From NCBI RefSeq assembly GCF_009914755.1, contig NC_060947.1: DNA of 64,000 nucleotides; one strand, given 5' to 3'. The notes under the pieces were generated by a model. It saw only the letters and a list, made by a program, of their open reading frames with translations. It was not told the origin of the DNA and did no database searches. This DNA comes from the human T2T-CHM13v2.0 reference genome, Homo sapiens. This document shows, one piece after another, positions 57,223 to 64,000 of the stretch (positions are counted from its first letter, which is position 1; each line of letters begins with the position of its first letter). Made by a program: the position numbers and the translations under genes.

Positions 57223-57636
57223 CTACCATCAACTTTACTACCCTCTTCTGTTTCCAAACACAGCTCCTTTACAAAAAAAAAAAATTGCTTGCAAAAGAGA
57301 CAGACAGTTTTTGTAAATAAGAGAAATGAAATACTGAGTTGGAGGGAAGGTATATAGTACATCTGAATATTCCATGGATAAGAAATACTCAGAGTAAGAA
57401 AAAGGATATGAAAACTTTAAGCTCATTAAAAAAAACTTTCCAACATAAAATTTTACAACATGTACATATCAGACTACGGGCCTTTGGGACCACTGTTGAC
57501 TGAGTCAGGTTAAAGTGAGACACATTCTCCTGCTTCCGCCCCATCCCTCTCCACTATCTCTGCTCCTTTCCCCTCCCTGCCCATTCACTCCCACAGGAGA
57601 TCAGAGCTAGTCCTTAGCAGCCTGACATGCTGGTAC

Positions 57637-57846
57637 CTGGCCATCACAGAGCTCAACCAGAGATACTCGCTCTCGGCCTGCTTTAATTAGCTTGCTCTGG
57701 AACAGCTTGCCATCAAAGTAAATCCATGGACAGCAATGCTCCCAAGGGACTGGCTGGCCACAGGCATCATTAGCAAACAGAGCTGTGTCGACTCCACTCA
57801 TGAAGAGGGCAGCAAGCTGGATCCCTCGGGCATCCAGTTTCTCAAT
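57637..57846 (-). CDS. FAM120C: FAM120C exon (210 nt), IEKLDARGIQLAALFMSGVDTALFANDACGQPVPWEHCCPWIYFDGKLFQSKLIKAGRERVSLVELCDGQ
   Basis: TTTCAG| acceptor and CAG|GTACCA donor; conserved FAM120 motif NDACG..P.....PW..FDGKLFQ. Confidence 0.95.
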
Positions 57847-58121
57847 CTGAAACCACCACAGATGAAATATTACTATTAAGAAACTACTATTCTTGGTAAC
57901 ATTTACTCTTATTCCTGTCATGCTGATTCTTCCAGTTAAATTTGAACATGCTGTCATTCAATGTAGACATCTCAGTGCATAAGCAGCTTCTATCCATGTC
58001 TTTCCCCTAAGATGATTTGAAAGGTACTTATTACAACATTAAAGACACCAACCTGAGACATTTTTTTTTCACCTGTCCAATTAGAAAAAAATTTAGAAAG
58101 TAAAGGCTGAAAGAACACTCA

Positions 58122-58514
<393 letters not shown>

Positions 58515-58570
58515 TTACAATTAAGCAATATGTATGAAGAACCCTGAAAATGTTCACATTTGTTGAGTTA

Positions 58571-58965
<395 letters not shown>

Positions 58966-59527
58966 TCAGGTATTCCTTTATAGCAACTGTAAATGGAGTA
59001 AGACAACACATAACAGAGGAAAACTGAAAACAACCTAAGTCGCCAATATTATAACAATTAAATGATACATCCATATGATAAAATACTATTTATTAAAATT
59101 TTTAAGACACAGAAAATATGTGCTATGTGAAATGGAAAAAAACTACAATATATAATTACATAAATACTACCTCAACTATGTAAAAAATGTATGACAGAAG
59201 ACTGGAAAAAAACCTCAAAATTCCCACAGTGGTTATCTCAAGCCACTGTGTTAGAAGACAGCTTTAACAGGAAAAGGGGAAGTGTTTGCAGGTCCCCTCC
59301 TAGGTGTCGTTTAGCACGAGCAGTTATTCTAGGACAAACAATACTACATTTACTGCAAAAGGCAAGCACTAACTGGTTGTCTGAGTCTATTCCACCTTTC
59401 CTTAGTTGACCTCACTTAAGATTTTGCAAGTCTTATTGAACTTGATCTTCTAGCTTACTTTGGGTGCTCAAAGGAACAAGGTTACTAAAGTCAAGGGAGG
59501 GATGTTCTGCATTAATGGCTACATTTA

Positions 59528-59869
<342 letters not shown>

Positions 59870-59914
59870 CTAGGGGTTTTACATGGATTACTTTACATAG
59901 TATCCTCACAAACT

Positions 59915-60642
<728 letters not shown>

Positions 60643-61197
60643 AATTGTACAAGTAAGGAAACTGAAGCTAGAGAGATTAAGTAACCTGCCCAAGGTCACA
60701 CAGCTAGGAGGTAATGAAGCCAGGATTCAAACCCAAGGCAGCCCGGCTTCAGAGCCTCCCCTCTATACTACTGTGCTCTACTGCCTTCAGTGGGTGGGTT
60801 TATTTTCTTCCTTATGCTTTCCTATACTTCTACTTAATACTCAATACATATCACTAAAAGGAGGTGTGTCTGAGTAAATAGACACAAGCAGGGGACATTA
60901 GGATATGTCCCCTATAGTGTATCTTGTAAGAGTCAGAAACCTTGCCATGGCCTATGGGCCAATATTTATTTTCCTTGCGTAATATCCATCTTTTCTGTCC
61001 ATTCTCATTTATCAGTATGAGAGCAGCGTAGCAGGCACCTCTTGGCTTTATTCATAGACATAAATATTTGGTTAAAGTAAATCAAACAGTTACCTGCAGA
61101 ACTTACTATTTTCCTCAGCTTCAGGAAAAAAAAAAGACCTAAAGTAGTGCCATAAGCTCATAAAAGAAAGAACTTAAATGAGGGTACATGAAATCAC

Positions 61198-61312
61198 CTT
61201 GAGTTCTTGGAGTCGATCTGGTTCATAAAGCTGGGTAGACACTGCCTGTGCAAGGAAGGTGTCTAGCTCATGGCGATGCAGGATTCGGCCACCAGGCCAC
61301 TGAACCATGTAC
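61198..61312 (-). CDS. FAM120C: FAM120C internal exon (115 nt), YMVQWPGGRILHRHELDTFLAQAVSTQLYEPDRLQELK
   Basis: Acceptor TTTTCTAG|, donor AAG|GTGATT, open frame, phase 0 end matching the next exon; FAM120-family-like sequence. Not in the ORF track. Confidence 0.92.
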
Positions 61313-64000
61313 CTAGAAAATAAAAGCACTGTTATTAGGCCACAAAAGCTCACTTATTCATGTCACAAAAACTTATTAAGCTAAGAACCTATCATGAGCC
61401 AGTACTTGGCTAGATTTTGGCAATACTAACTGAATGAAGGAAAAAGAATCTCTGCTTTCATTACTTCCAGTCTGGGTGGTAGAGGAAAAGAATCATGTAC
61501 ATCAACAATGACAGGACAGTGTGTTAAGTACCAAGATGGAAGAATGCACAGAGTGCTTGCTATGAGAGCATAGAAGAGGGCCATGACTGTAAAGATGAAA
61601 GATGGTATCCTGAGAAAAGTCAGCAAGAGTTCAGTTTCAAAGGGCCTGTAGAATTTAGTGAGACAAAAGGTGGGGAAAGGATGTTCCAGGTTGAGCGAAG
61701 AGTATGATGTGTGAAGGCCTGATGGTGTGGTTCAGCACAATGCACCAGCTTCCATATTGCTGAAGCTAAGCACGTTTGGAGTGACAGGAGGCGAGATTAG
61801 GAAGTAGGTCAGATTGGTGGCAGCCTGAGGAACACTGAGGGCTTCAGGTGGTGGAAAGTGCGGTCATGAACCATATCATGGTACCCAAGACATGGCCCAG
61901 GATAAGTGAAGTTCACATAAAAGCCCAGAACGTTTTAACAGAAAGAGTATGAATTTTGAAGAGAGAAGATCTCAATTTGAGTGTTGGTTCCTCCACTTAC
62001 TAGTTGATAGCTATGGACAAATTATTTAACCTTTCTGAGCCTTGCATTTCCTCATCTACCAAATGGGGATAATAAAATTTGCCCTGCTCTTTTTACAGGG
62101 TGGTTGTGAGGATTAAATAGGGTTACTAAAGAAAAAAATGAAAAGAAGGCTGGGTGCGGTGGCTCATGCCTGTAATCCTAGCACTTTGGGAGGCTGAGAC
62201 GGGCAGATCACTTGAGGCCAGGAGTTTGAGACCAGCCTGGCCAATGTGGTGAAACCCTGTCTCTACTAAAAATAAAAAAAATTAGCCGGGTGTGGTGGCG
62301 GGCACCTGTAATCCCAGCTACTCAGGAAGCTGAGGCAGGACAATCGCTTAAACCTGGGAGGCGAGGGTTACAGTGAGCTGAGATTATGCCACAGCACTCT
62401 AGCCTGGGCGACAGAGTGGTGGGGGGAGGGGGAGAGGGAGAAGGAGGAGGAGGAGACGACGAAGAAGAAAGTGTGTGTGTGGGGGAAATAAAAAAGAAAG
62501 TAGACCAGAGAACAGAGACTCAAAAACAGGATTAAGGAATTTGGATCGTCATCCTGAAATTGTAGGAAGACACTGCAGGATTGTCAGAAGGACTGGTTTG
62601 ATAATGACTGGCTCAGGTTATTAATATTGTTTCTTTTTTTGGATTTATAGTTCCTTGATTTACCTTTGCCCATTCTTTCATTTTTAACCTTTCCATCTTA
62701 TTTCATTGGCAAAATGTAAAGCAAAAATAGAAGAAAATGAATGCAAATGCAATTACAGTGGGAAATTTTAATATACCACTATTAAGCTATAATATGTAAA
62801 ACATACCTAAAATACATTTAAATTCACAGAAGATTTGAATAGTACAATAAATAAGGTTTAAATACTTGACTGACTTAATACACAGAAAACACATTCTTTT
62901 CAAGTGCCCATGTCAGTTCCCATGAGGTCTAGGACCTTGCCTGTTTGCCTTTGTTTGTGTTTGTTTATCATCCTTTATTTATTATGAACTATCTAGCCAA
63001 GTACATAGCATAGAATAGGTATTAATAAATATTTATTGGAAGAGTGACTGATGCATTAATCTGGTCATGCCAAGCCAAAAACAAAACAAGACAAAACTCA
63101 AAAAAATCCTTCAAAGCAGAATTGTACCAGTCATATCCTGAACCACTGTGCAAGAAAAATTGACCTAAAGGAGCTCCTAAAGGAGTCAAGTGTGGGAGAA
63201 CAGCGAACTCACAGAAAGACTAACACAATGCAAGGGGTGTGATTTTAGAAGTTGAACAGATTGTTCTGGGTGCTCTGAGTCAGTGACTAAATTTACCTTG
63301 GAGAATCTAGAGAAGGCTCCACAGAGGAGGGAACATTTCCTAGGGGTTGGAGCTTTTTGTTTGGTTTGGTTTACACTTTAATGTTAATTTGCAATTTTAA
63401 ATGTCTCTCTAACCTTAATAGAGTACATGCCAGAGTGGATGCTTAATAGATGTTTGCTGAACAAATAAGTCAATGTCAGGACATTTATAAGGAAATGCTA
63501 GCTCCATCTTTGGGCCCGCACTACTATTCAACTATTTTTGAATGAATTATGAGACAGAATGTAGGGTCTAATGAGTCAGAGGAGTGAGAGGCTCAGAAAT
63601 GGGGCAGCAGGAAATAATTATTAAATCAACCAATATTTATTGATGCTTCATCATGTGCGATTTTTGGAATTACATGATTCCACTGGGGATTTTCCCCAGA
63701 AAATAACAGCATTACTTATTCCCAAGGAATTTCCTGAATTTTAATGATGACAGCTTTATTATTGCTATTAGTAGTTACATTACTACAAATATTACATACA
63801 AGCTTTAATATATGCAGCAAACTATAAGTTATACATAAGAATAACATTTACTAAATGCCTCTGATATTCTAGATACCTTGCTAAGAACTTTAGCTACAAA
63901 GTATGTCGTGGCAAAGAATGCAAACTTAGAGACTGACATCCTTGGTTCTAATCTAGGTTCCACGACTCCTTTTTTTTTTTTTTTTTTTTTTTCTGAGACG

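Overview
Human (primate) genomic DNA, Alu-dense, with two genes on the minus strand. The right part holds the last six exons and a ~4.7 kb Alu-free 3' UTR of FAM120C. About 23 kb of repeat-packed intergenic DNA follows. The left part holds the CpG-island promoter, two alternative first exons and the first PHD-finger exon of PHF8, plus 12.5 kb of its next intron. Almost all ORFs in the supplied track are Alu or microsatellite artefacts. There is no prokaryotic-type system and no CRISPR. The most notable unexplained structures are: (1) a cryptic ~14-unit, ~29-bp-period array at the PHF8 exon-1/intron-1 boundary, in which many units read as a 5' splice-site-like motif plus G-run and one unit is the likely real donor; (2) back-to-back AATAAA signals and strong-Kozak uORFs in the PHF8 leader; (3) a ~940-bp mini-L1 with both termini and two internal deletions; (4) a 70-nt U3 snoRNA retropseudogene in a nested insertion stack with an AluYa5; (5) a perfect 56-bp palindrome and an (AUUCU)n tract in the FAM120C 3' UTR; (6) an 86-codon alternative frame open across the last three FAM120C exons. 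Repeat family names come from recognition by eye and their boundaries are approximate.
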